From a virus (lineage: Duplodnaviria > Caudoviricetes), in IMG/VR virus record IMGVR_UViG_3300033067_002502, positions 32,001-96,000 of that record: a stretch of DNA of 64,000 nt. The stretch is one strand, 5' to 3'. This document shows positions 56,701 through 64,000 of this stretch, one piece after another (the stretch's first letter is position 1; every line of letters starts with the position of its first letter). The position numbers were made by a program, and so were the translations under genes. Under the pieces are notes generated by a model. It did not search any database. It was not told the DNA's origin and saw only the letters and a list, made by a program, of their open reading frames with translations.

Positions 56701-57279
56701 GAACTTAGTAAAGTTGATTTTTTTGCAACCCCAAAACAGCTTGGTGTTACTAGCGGAGATTGTGCTAAATTAGGAAATCAGATTGTTGGAGATTATAAAG
56801 TTGAAAGAGTTGTTCAAGATGTTATGAATGAAATAAAAGTTATAACAACAACTCCTAATGGAGAAATTCTTGTTGCAGGTCATACAAATTATGCTTCTTT
56901 GAACGATCCTGATTCTCCTGGGTTTTTAGGATACCGTAAGCCTTTTTTACAAATGGATGGTATTTTTGGTTCAGAAGCTACCGTAAAATGGGTAGTTAAG
57001 AACTATACTAGAATGTTTATCCCACCAATAAAGGTTTCTTTCAAAGCAATTGGAAGAAATGATATAAAAGCTCTGGATGTTATAACCTTTCAACCATTAG
57101 GTTCTAGAGAGAAGCAGCCTTTAGTTATAACTTCAGTTAAAAGCGAAGTTGATGCTTCTAAGGGTACTTGGTTCCAAGATTTTGAATGCTTGTGGTTATT
57201 CCCAAGACAAGATGTTCAGTGGGGGAACACGAATGAGATTGGTCTTGGATTAGATGGTTCTATTTCTGGTACAGCATAA
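53779..57279 (+). CDS. Tail tip/hub-like protein
   Basis: C-terminal SYWDAIERI..FFDRLG.FHF, N.I.V and LDVI..I..V..E hub-like pattern. Confidence 0.55.
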   Translation: MATLETASPGSPGRLKFKCVLWSNCPVYERVKQDQSYIFSPETMQFAPQSLKNKIVTINGLDGAFLRPIPNLNLHNFISFIKPIIPFRYELLPKFPKSDKENRYSWDRVIPINYLDFLQVNNSITSGFLKVTSGGSVASSSAIGSHQTWIADGSLYCYVNINPLEYSSIESMTPSALKAQKSFCTKWEYLEDVVSHSEGNSSSSINLYKNTVCVPCTSGNLSIKDPIDVMKSNGAEDSFKVSDAVYKNINPGMHWRVLKRTPIFQGEDFSVEFSSKATSTTNSGQSSAKYLMLNKFKFLDISSQYTSETQCSSLNEDGLYDKKLNEEAINNIKKIFDFSNQIYYMIEIGVGDPDHNYWLIIAENLSPIFCHVGKVASLSCKIYESSSITQEEPKKNNNSSEVFPCSTDSESDSGQGARTDQNNSPLKEIVIASVGKEPILRKLSTYEGVNSLSLIKQEKLKISIRQHSGNIVVVFSEHENNPWVISRKDIDPATTPITTEDGPLNPVGESNVVYKTIQMLIPFGQIALMGGNRKCGFSFSPMIYDKINQFVMPQPLSVQGPVGVDDMEFLWSDKGKSFNPSVSVNLLNQQYTNEAGVYGEYILDKKKDKVSYKWTRAIDVQEESVYNYGKAPDMMNNKEAWDKGARESVLALDASECSISQGSTSSNSKLMQISIQITPGGYMFPAIDGGDPWILKDCVTPIIYLYRMNVAPKGTIYKKDPIDVSQHVLTFSDEWSETDWQKLEHSGSISFIVSDGMKFVNNQSNYLYSLTDKTFYLQISMWWEGGIMKTALDPRDNIVFTGFCHGGVLTTETNKKVLDCKIIDYSKILKDQFFLNSPFFDRMRDVNAVKDIMQLAGLRDGEDNESSFEPGSLIRILADDQSISGWYWFFFNGDKICDREFALPGSYDILQSPFMRFSDGSSYWDAIERISQLSNKVAFFDRLGVFHFNPLPYDQEIWGGQSGSQTRWTIQDWAELSKVDFFATPKQLGVTSGDCAKLGNQIVGDYKVERVVQDVMNEIKVITTTPNGEILVAGHTNYASLNDPDSPGFLGYRKPFLQMDGIFGSEATVKWVVKNYTRMFIPPIKVSFKAIGRNDIKALDVITFQPLGSREKQPLVITSVKSEVDASKGTWFQDFECLWLFPRQDVQWGNTNEIGLGLDGSISGTA

Positions 57280-57289
57280 GGAGGTTAGT

Positions 57290-57493
57290 ATGTCTAAAAA
57301 TAACGTTTCTTCTATTTGGTCTAAGATGAGAGAAGAGATTAAGAAAGATAGGAATTCTTCTGAGAATTTTCTTGCTATTAGAAATAACCGACAGGGTTAT
57401 AGAGGTATGGGTTTGTATCAACTTTCAAGGAACACAGCCGCAGAAGGTGTTATGATTGTTGGAGTTACTAGAGGCGGCAAAGTTGGAGCATAA
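57290..57493 (+). CDS. Small hypothetical protein (start revised)
   Basis: A perfect SD (TAAGGAGG) precedes the ATG at 57290. Confidence 0.7.
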   Translation: MSKNNVSSIWSKMREEIKKDRNSSENFLAIRNNRQGYRGMGLYQLSRNTAAEGVMIVGVTRGGKVGA

Positions 57494-57497
57494 ATAA

Positions 57498-60400
57498 ATG
57501 GCAGGTTTAACCCCTTTTTATGGACTAAGTTACTTTAATTTTGGAGATGACTTAGGTGACGGAATAAATGTTCAAAGAGAAATTGACCGTTTTCTTGTAA
57601 TTGATAAACAACTTTATGGCTTATATGCAGTATTTGGTGATGGTATTGTTTCTGGATGGGAAATATCAGAACGTAATACTTTTGGAAAAAATGTTATATC
57701 TATTGATATAAGCCCTGGTATTGGTATAATTTCAGGATTATCAGTTCAAACTGATTCAACGGGAGGGGTTGAAGAACTTCCTCCTAATGAAATTTTTTAT
57801 ATTTATGCTACAATGACAGGAGGGACTGTCAGAACAAGAGATGTTGATTTTGTGTGGAGTAGAACTCTTCCTACAAACAATGCTGTTAGGATTGCAAGAA
57901 TTACAACAAACGAAACTAATATAACAGATATTGATACGACATTTAGACAGGAAATTAGTTTTCTTGAATTTATTAAAGATGAAGTTGCAAAACATAAGCA
58001 CAGAGGAACTCCAAGTAAGATTGATTTGCAGACTGAAACAAGAAATCAATTACCTGGAGCGAGAGTTCAAGACTTTGATGCGGCAAAAATTTCTAGCGGA
58101 AGACTTGATCCAGAAAGAATTCCTCAATTAAATCATAATGATTTGAAAAATACAGGATTATTGACTCATGCAGCTCTTGATTCTTTTACCAGACTTATAG
58201 ATTCAGGCAATCGTCAGCTTTTAGGAGAAATTGCTTCTGTAAATACGATGAAATTAATTACTGCTCAATATAACTTAGCTAGTAAATTTGATCTTAATCT
58301 TAATGATATTGTTGATTTTCCTAATCTTTTAACTTGCTATCCAGGGTATACTCCTGATTCGATTATAGACTTCGATGCAACAACTTCTAATATTGATTTA
58401 ACTACAAATTGCATTTCTGGGAAGCCAGTAGCTAAGGGTTCTATTACTTCTGTTTTATGGGCAACTGATTCTGCTTTCTTTTCTGCATCAGAAAGGAAAA
58501 ATATTTCTATTGCAAAAAATACAGTATCTCTTACAAGAGGAGGAGGAAGTTCTACTCAAATTGAAGATTTTGAACAAGTTCCTAGATCTGGCGTATCTAT
58601 TCCTGGCTTTGCTACTCAAGTTAAAATAATTACAGACACTATTAGTGTTGTATCTGAAGATTCTAGTTCTTTAAAAACTCAAGGTTTTTATAGTGGGAAA
58701 TTTCAAACAGCAAGAGATTCGAGAATATTGTATACAAGAAGTTTGAGTCAAAATCGAGATTGGAGCCTTTTTGATGAATTACTTCTTGATGTAAAAAGTC
58801 TTACAATATCTCATGGTGCTGTTTATATGTATTTTATCAACGGAGAAGGGGATTCTGCTAAACAATCTCAATCATATCTTATTTTAGGGCAAGATGAGAT
58901 TACTGACAACATAGATCCAGTTTTAAATACTTTTGAACGAAGAGTTCTTGATATAACCCAAGAAACAAAAGATGATGTAAGAGAAATAGTATTTTATACG
59001 GATGACACAATTACAAAGCATGAATTTTGGATAGATAATATTTTTATTAGAAATCAAAGTTTATTCCCTCCAAGTGGTTTTATTAGATTTAGATATTCTA
59101 GCGGGACTTCTGTTCTTTTTAATTCTATTAATTTTGATTCTGATATTCCAGAAGGATGTGATGTTAGAGTAAGAATAAGATCTGCAAACTCTGCATCTTT
59201 ATTAAATAGAGCAGTATTTACTCCAAATATAAGATCTGGAGATGTTTTTGGTATAAACGGAACAGATGCAGAAATAGAAGTATCTTTAGTTTCAACTGTA
59301 GATAGAACCAAAACTCCAATTTTGTATAGTTTAGAATTACAAATAATTGTAGATTCTCAAATTACTGGATTTACTATCTCAACAGCAGATCAGTGGAATA
59401 GGGGTTCTTATATAAACGAAAAAGAGTCTACTGACGAGTATAATCCGTTTCTTTCTAAAATAACTATTCAAGACCCAATATCTGTTGGAGATTTATATTA
59501 TATATATCAAAACGGCGTAAATGAGAACAGTCCTTCAGGTTACGCTTTGTACGGTTTCAGAGGCCTTTTATTTAAAAATCTTATTTCTCCAAAACAAGCG
59601 GTAAATATATCTAATACAAGTTTTTCTTTGGGATTTAATAGTCCTTATTCTGTTTATAGATTGAAAAATAGAAATTTTATTATATCAGATACTATAAATG
59701 ATAGAGTAATTGAAACAACTCCAGATGGTAAATTTGTAAGAGGTATTGGAGGTCATACAGTTCTTGATGTTTCTTATTTTTATCCCCTTACTGTTGTTTA
59801 TAATAACAGAAAAGGAACATTAACTATAGCTTTTAGTCAAGAAGTAGATGTTACTAATGTTGATATAACAAAGATAAAATTATGGATTGGATCTTCTTCT
59901 GTTCAATTAGGAATAGGAGACAAAATTATTGATAATGGTAAAACTGCCAAGCTGTTAGAAATACAACTAACAAACGACAAAATAGAACAATTGCAAGATC
60001 CTAAATTTGACGTTTATGTAGATTTTGTTTCTGGATTTTATTTAACTCCTTTTGATTATCCAGATTCAGCTAAAAGTCTTGTTAGTTCTAAGGGTCTTTT
60101 TGCTTTCTTGGGGGATTTTATTTATATGAATGATATCCGAAGGCCTGTCTATTCTAATATAATGGCTAATGGAGATTGGATGATATGCAATTCAACAATA
60201 GAAGAAGAAAGCACTGATACGGGAGTTTCAACTAGTATATCTATGAAAGTTGGAGAAAGTACGAGTTTTACTGTTTCTGTTGATGCCCCTGTTGCAGGTT
60301 TTGAGCTTAGGTGGGAAAGGAACGTACCTGCTGAAATTCAAGATATATTTACTTTTGAAGCACCTATTCCTGGAAATCTCGCAACAGCTTATGTAAATTC

Positions 60401-61040
60401 TCCTACTGATTCTCAAATTAGAGTTTGGCAGCTTATATTTACTGCTGTTTACATTGAAACCGCAACAGGAATAACTGTAGCTACTACAACAAATACAGTA
60501 ATATTAACAATTTCTGCAGCAGACTCTACAACAGGAAGTACTCCTTCTGTAGAATTTCCATTTTTAGTTCAAATTAATTTTGATAAAGAAGAAATTTCCT
60601 TTAGCTACAGTGGGTTAGTTTTTTCTGATTTTACTTTAGGCTCTGTTTATGAGATAGATTCAGAAAAAATAATAGTTAGTGGACTTGTAAAAGACACAGA
60701 TCCTCTACCTGGCCCTAAAGGAGGTAAAGGAACTGAGACTTACGAAGAACAAGCTATTCGTAAATTATCAAATTATAGAGGTAAAACTCTGGTTTTGAAT
60801 AGAAAAGATAAGTCAATAAGCTTTACCTACGAGTCTTCTGATAATTCATATCCATCTGATGCTGTTTTAGACGAAAAGAATAACATAGTTATTGCAGAAA
60901 CTTCTTTTGTTGGAAATGCTGGTCGGGTTATAAAAGTAGATAATGAAGGTAACGTTATTTGGCAAATAAGCGAAGGAATGTTTAGTAAAATCAATGACGT
61001 TAGAGCAAAGATATCTGGTGATGTTGTAATTAGTACGTGA
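57498..61040 (+). CDS. Tail fibre/tip protein with NHL-like repeats
   Basis: H.H.G..SKIDL, KISSGRL..ERIP, FNSPYSV..IISDT.NDRV.E and YPSDA..IVIAE..RVIKVD. Confidence 0.6.
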   Translation: MAGLTPFYGLSYFNFGDDLGDGINVQREIDRFLVIDKQLYGLYAVFGDGIVSGWEISERNTFGKNVISIDISPGIGIISGLSVQTDSTGGVEELPPNEIFYIYATMTGGTVRTRDVDFVWSRTLPTNNAVRIARITTNETNITDIDTTFRQEISFLEFIKDEVAKHKHRGTPSKIDLQTETRNQLPGARVQDFDAAKISSGRLDPERIPQLNHNDLKNTGLLTHAALDSFTRLIDSGNRQLLGEIASVNTMKLITAQYNLASKFDLNLNDIVDFPNLLTCYPGYTPDSIIDFDATTSNIDLTTNCISGKPVAKGSITSVLWATDSAFFSASERKNISIAKNTVSLTRGGGSSTQIEDFEQVPRSGVSIPGFATQVKIITDTISVVSEDSSSLKTQGFYSGKFQTARDSRILYTRSLSQNRDWSLFDELLLDVKSLTISHGAVYMYFINGEGDSAKQSQSYLILGQDEITDNIDPVLNTFERRVLDITQETKDDVREIVFYTDDTITKHEFWIDNIFIRNQSLFPPSGFIRFRYSSGTSVLFNSINFDSDIPEGCDVRVRIRSANSASLLNRAVFTPNIRSGDVFGINGTDAEIEVSLVSTVDRTKTPILYSLELQIIVDSQITGFTISTADQWNRGSYINEKESTDEYNPFLSKITIQDPISVGDLYYIYQNGVNENSPSGYALYGFRGLLFKNLISPKQAVNISNTSFSLGFNSPYSVYRLKNRNFIISDTINDRVIETTPDGKFVRGIGGHTVLDVSYFYPLTVVYNNRKGTLTIAFSQEVDVTNVDITKIKLWIGSSSVQLGIGDKIIDNGKTAKLLEIQLTNDKIEQLQDPKFDVYVDFVSGFYLTPFDYPDSAKSLVSSKGLFAFLGDFIYMNDIRRPVYSNIMANGDWMICNSTIEEESTDTGVSTSISMKVGESTSFTVSVDAPVAGFELRWERNVPAEIQDIFTFEAPIPGNLATAYVNSPTDSQIRVWQLIFTAVYIETATGITVATTTNTVILTISAADSTTGSTPSVEFPFLVQINFDKEEISFSYSGLVFSDFTLGSVYEIDSEKIIVSGLVKDTDPLPGPKGGKGTETYEEQAIRKLSNYRGKTLVLNRKDKSISFTYESSDNSYPSDAVLDEKNNIVIAETSFVGNAGRVIKVDNEGNVIWQISEGMFSKINDVRAKISGDVVIST

Positions 61041-62143
61041 TTTATATGATTCCTATTGAATGGATATGTTTTTTAAACGAAACGGGGTACGGTCAAGCCG
61101 CTTACGATATGATTTCTGCTCTTTTAGAATCAAATCGTTACGATATGAGGATTGTTTGCTTAAATGGCTCTTTATCAAGAAATTTTCTTTCTAAAGAGTC
61201 TTATAACCTATTAGAACCATTAACGAAAAAGAAACCAAATCAAAAAGCGGTTCAAGTTTATCACTGTATTCCTCCTATGCAGATGAGATTTCCAAGAACT
61301 GATAGATCTATAGGATTTGCAACTTTTGAAACATACGAGCCACCGTCTAAGTGGATTGATCTATTAAATAGACTAGACGCAGTGATCTGTCCATCTAATT
61401 TTAATTATAGCATATTTGCTCATGCTGGCGTTAAAAAGCCGTTATTTTATCTTCCTCACTGTATTGATACTAAAATATGGAATGATAAAGTTTCTCCTCT
61501 TACTAGTTATGAGCGTTTTACTTTTCTTTTTGTTGGTACTTGGAAAAAAAGAAAAGGATGGCAAGAGTTGATTGAATCTTATTTTAGAGAATTTTCTTTA
61601 AAAGACAATGTTCAACTTCTTATAAAAACAGATAAAATTCAAACGGCTATACAAGATATAGAAAACATAAAATTATTTCTTGGTTTGAAAAAAGAGTATC
61701 CTAAAATAGTTTTTGAAAAAAGAATATTTGATGATAAAACAATGCCATTTTTTTATAAATCAGCAGATTGTTTGATTATGTGTTCTTTAGGGGAAGGATT
61801 TGGGCTACCGGCGTTGCAATGTATGAGTGTAAAAGTTCCTGTTATTGTAACTAATTTTTCTGGATGTCAAGAATACGCTTCGTTGGAAAGGTGTACTCTT
61901 CTTGAACCTTCAGGCTTTATAATGCATTCAAATATGGATAATATTTCTCAATTTGCTAATAAAAAGTGGCCTAGAATAACAATACAATCAATACAGGAAT
62001 CTATGAGAAGAGTATTTTCCAACAAAGATGAAGCAAAGATTAAGGCCGATAAAGCTTATGAGTTTGTTCAAGAAAATTTCTCATATGCTGTTGCAATAAG
62101 TAAATTTGACAAGATTTTGGAGAACGTGTACCGTGCCAGTTAA
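61037..62143 (+). CDS. GT4-family glycosyltransferase (paralog of 12937)
   Basis: TGYGQAA, TFET, D.VI.PS, RKG..ELI..Y..EF and SLGEGFGLPALQ. Confidence 0.88.
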   Translation: MIYMIPIEWICFLNETGYGQAAYDMISALLESNRYDMRIVCLNGSLSRNFLSKESYNLLEPLTKKKPNQKAVQVYHCIPPMQMRFPRTDRSIGFATFETYEPPSKWIDLLNRLDAVICPSNFNYSIFAHAGVKKPLFYLPHCIDTKIWNDKVSPLTSYERFTFLFVGTWKKRKGWQELIESYFREFSLKDNVQLLIKTDKIQTAIQDIENIKLFLGLKKEYPKIVFEKRIFDDKTMPFFYKSADCLIMCSLGEGFGLPALQCMSVKVPVIVTNFSGCQEYASLERCTLLEPSGFIMHSNMDNISQFANKKWPRITIQSIQESMRRVFSNKDEAKIKADKAYEFVQENFSYAVAISKFDKILENVYRAS

Positions 62144-64000
62144 ATTAAAGTTACAACCATTTAGTTCTACAATTGCTCAGACAAAATCTATTGTATTTGT
62201 TTTGTCAGATCTTGATTTTTCTAAAAAATATCGTATTTCTTTTGAAAATGCAACTCTTGATAGACTTGCAAAAATTATATCATGCGACAATGGAAGTATT
62301 ATTGGTGATAAGGTTATTATTTCTCAAGTAGAGTCTTTTTCTGGAAAACTTGATTTAAATCTTTATGATTCAGATTCTGTAAGTGTTGTTTCTATTTATG
62401 CCAATGTTGAAGAATATAAAGAATTGGAAGAATGGGGAATATCGGATATAGCTGCTTTTTCTTTTCAAATAGAAAATTCATCAAAAAAGACAACTGGTGA
62501 TAAGATTTCAATCTACCCTCCTTTTGTAGGACTTGAACAAAGAGCAACTATAAGTATCCAAACTGAACCAAATTCGACAGTACAAATCATTATTAATAGT
62601 AAAAGATTTATTGTAAAATCTAATTTTTCAGGTTTAGGTTCTTTTTCTTTTAGAGCAATTGACGTGCTTGGTGGTTCTTCTTTTTCTTCAAATACATTAC
62701 AAAAATTTCCTATTACATATGCAAAATCTAATGATGAATATAAAGAGATATATGATTCAGGTTCATTTATTCATTTTGTTCCTGAAAATATGAAAGCTTT
62801 ACAATCTACAAATTCAGGATCGACAGAGTGTGCCATTTTGGATGCAGAACCAGGAGAAGGTCTTACTTTAGAAAAGCTTGATAAATACTGCATAGATGGA
62901 GCTGTTGTTGGTTCTTTATCTGTATTTGATAAAGATACTTCCGATTTTTATAATTCTAAAGTCGGGTTTTGTACGGAACCAGAGAAGGTATATCCTATAG
63001 AAGGAAATGACTCTGTTTGTAGAATATTTAATTCAACTTCTTCTTCTATATTAAAAGACGGATCAGGTCTTGTTGTTTTTTCTTCTCAAGAAACCTTTGA
63101 AAACGAAACTCAACCATTTCCTATTCTTGCGAGCAGAATTTTTGTTGCAGGAACTCATAGCTCTTTAAAGTATAAAGGAAATATAGTTAGAGATGGTTCA
63201 ATTATTAGTCCTCCAAAATTTTATCACACAGTTACTCCTAGTAATGTTTTAGTAAATGAAATTTATAGCATAACATTTAGATCTGATGATAGCTCTTTCT
63301 TTGAAATAAGATATACTTCTTTGGAAGGTACTGTATCTGAAGTTGTGTCTGGATTCGTTACGCTTATTAATAATGATTTTAATTTATCATCTTTAGGAAT
63401 AAAAGCTGTTAATCAAAATTCATTTATTGAATTAAAATCTGATAACAGGTTTGCGATTAATGCAGTTGTTATTTCCGGACAAGCTACTTTGACAGTTGCT
63501 TTGAAAAGTAATAAAACATTAGATCTTATTACTGATAAAAACGGAGTTAATGATTCTGGTAATACTGTTGTGTTTTTATTTCCAAAAGTAGGATATCAAT
63601 ATCATTCTATAGTTTCAAGAGATTTAGTTAATAATATAATAAGAATAGAAGTTCCTTCAGGATTTAATAATGGTATTGGTCCAGATATATATGAAAATAT
63701 ATATTGTCAACAATTTGTTATTGTAGATTTAACAAAAAATGCTTCATCTTTAAGCCTTATTGATATAAATCCACTTCCTTATATTTATGACACTTTTGGA
63801 AGAGAAGTTTCTTGTGTTTATCCTGTAATAACAACTAGATTGATTGAGTCTAGTAAAGAAGAATTGGCATATGTTGTTTGCCAAGCTCCTGTAGATGGTA
63901 TTTATCAAATTTTCTTTTTCTCATTTAAGATAGGCAGTCCTATTGAAAATACAGAATGGAAGCAATTGACATTTGTTGGCGAGAATAAAAATGCCAAAAT
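62133..64000 (+). CDS. Large structural protein, 3'-partial (absent from the ORF track)
   Basis: GTG at 62133 after GGAG. Manual translation (MPVKLKLQPF..TEWKQLTFVGENKNAK) stays open to the window end. Confidence 0.75.
   Translation, partial: MPVKLKLQPFSSTIAQTKSIVFVLSDLDFSKKYRISFENATLDRLAKIISCDNGSIIGDKVIISQVESFSGKLDLNLYDSDSVSVVSIYANVEEYKELEEWGISDIAAFSFQIENSSKKTTGDKISIYPPFVGLEQRATISIQTEPNSTVQIIINSKRFIVKSNFSGLGSFSFRAIDVLGGSSFSSNTLQKFPITYAKSNDEYKEIYDSGSFIHFVPENMKALQSTNSGSTECAILDAEPGEGLTLEKLDKYCIDGAVVGSLSVFDKDTSDFYNSKVGFCTEPEKVYPIEGNDSVCRIFNSTSSSILKDGSGLVVFSSQETFENETQPFPILASRIFVAGTHSSLKYKGNIVRDGSIISPPKFYHTVTPSNVLVNEIYSITFRSDDSSFFEIRYTSLEGTVSEVVSGFVTLINNDFNLSSLGIKAVNQNSFIELKSDNRFAINAVVISGQATLTVALKSNKTLDLITDKNGVNDSGNTVVFLFPKVGYQYHSIVSRDLVNNIIRIEVPSGFNNGIGPDIYENIYCQQFVIVDLTKNASSLSLIDINPLPYIYDTFGREVSCVYPVITTRLIESSKEELAYVVCQAPVDGIYQIFFFSFKIGSPIENTEWKQLTFVGENKNAK

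Noticed and set aside
665-60416. Many short minus-strand and alternate-frame ORFs in the track
   Set aside because: They overlap long, motif-bearing + strand genes, lack SDs and look like shadow translations (e.g. 16586, 24065, 3864, 11898).
1-64000. Stop-codon reassignment, tRNA or rRNA genes
   Set aside because: The standard code gives near-complete coding density with TAA, TGA and TAG all used as stops, and no cloverleaf or rRNA-like segment is visible in the short intergenic gaps.

Overview
This AT-rich, gene-dense window has essentially all real genes on the + strand and reads as the virion morphogenesis region of a large, probably jumbo, tailed dsDNA phage. The head genes are an intein-containing portal with a C-terminal DUF559/Vsr-like nuclease domain, a 1992-aa prohead protease/scaffold, a probable decoration protein and an HK97-fold major capsid protein of the Bxz1/phage G type. 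A fibre/appendage block follows, with Gly-X-Ser collagen-like, beta-helix and propeller proteins, interleaved with glycosyltransferases (one with an intein), an FkbM methyltransferase and a subtilisin. The middle holds neck genes, PhoH, a DNA methyltransferase, a free-standing LAGLIDADG endonuclease and a volactin-like actin. The tail block has a tube, an assembly chaperone with a -1 frameshift, a tape measure and tip proteins; no sheath gene is seen. The most notable candidates are (1) a volactin-like actin inside the neck module, whose start appears duplicated by a homing endonuclease; (2) a distributed virion-glycosylation system with Ser-rich collagen-like acceptors; (3) the portal-nuclease fusion; (4) a recurring K-x-A motif that may be the head-protease cleavage or targeting code; and (5) two distinct promoter motifs, one apparently driving leaderless mRNAs. 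All family assignments come from motif recognition by eye and need HMM or structure confirmation.
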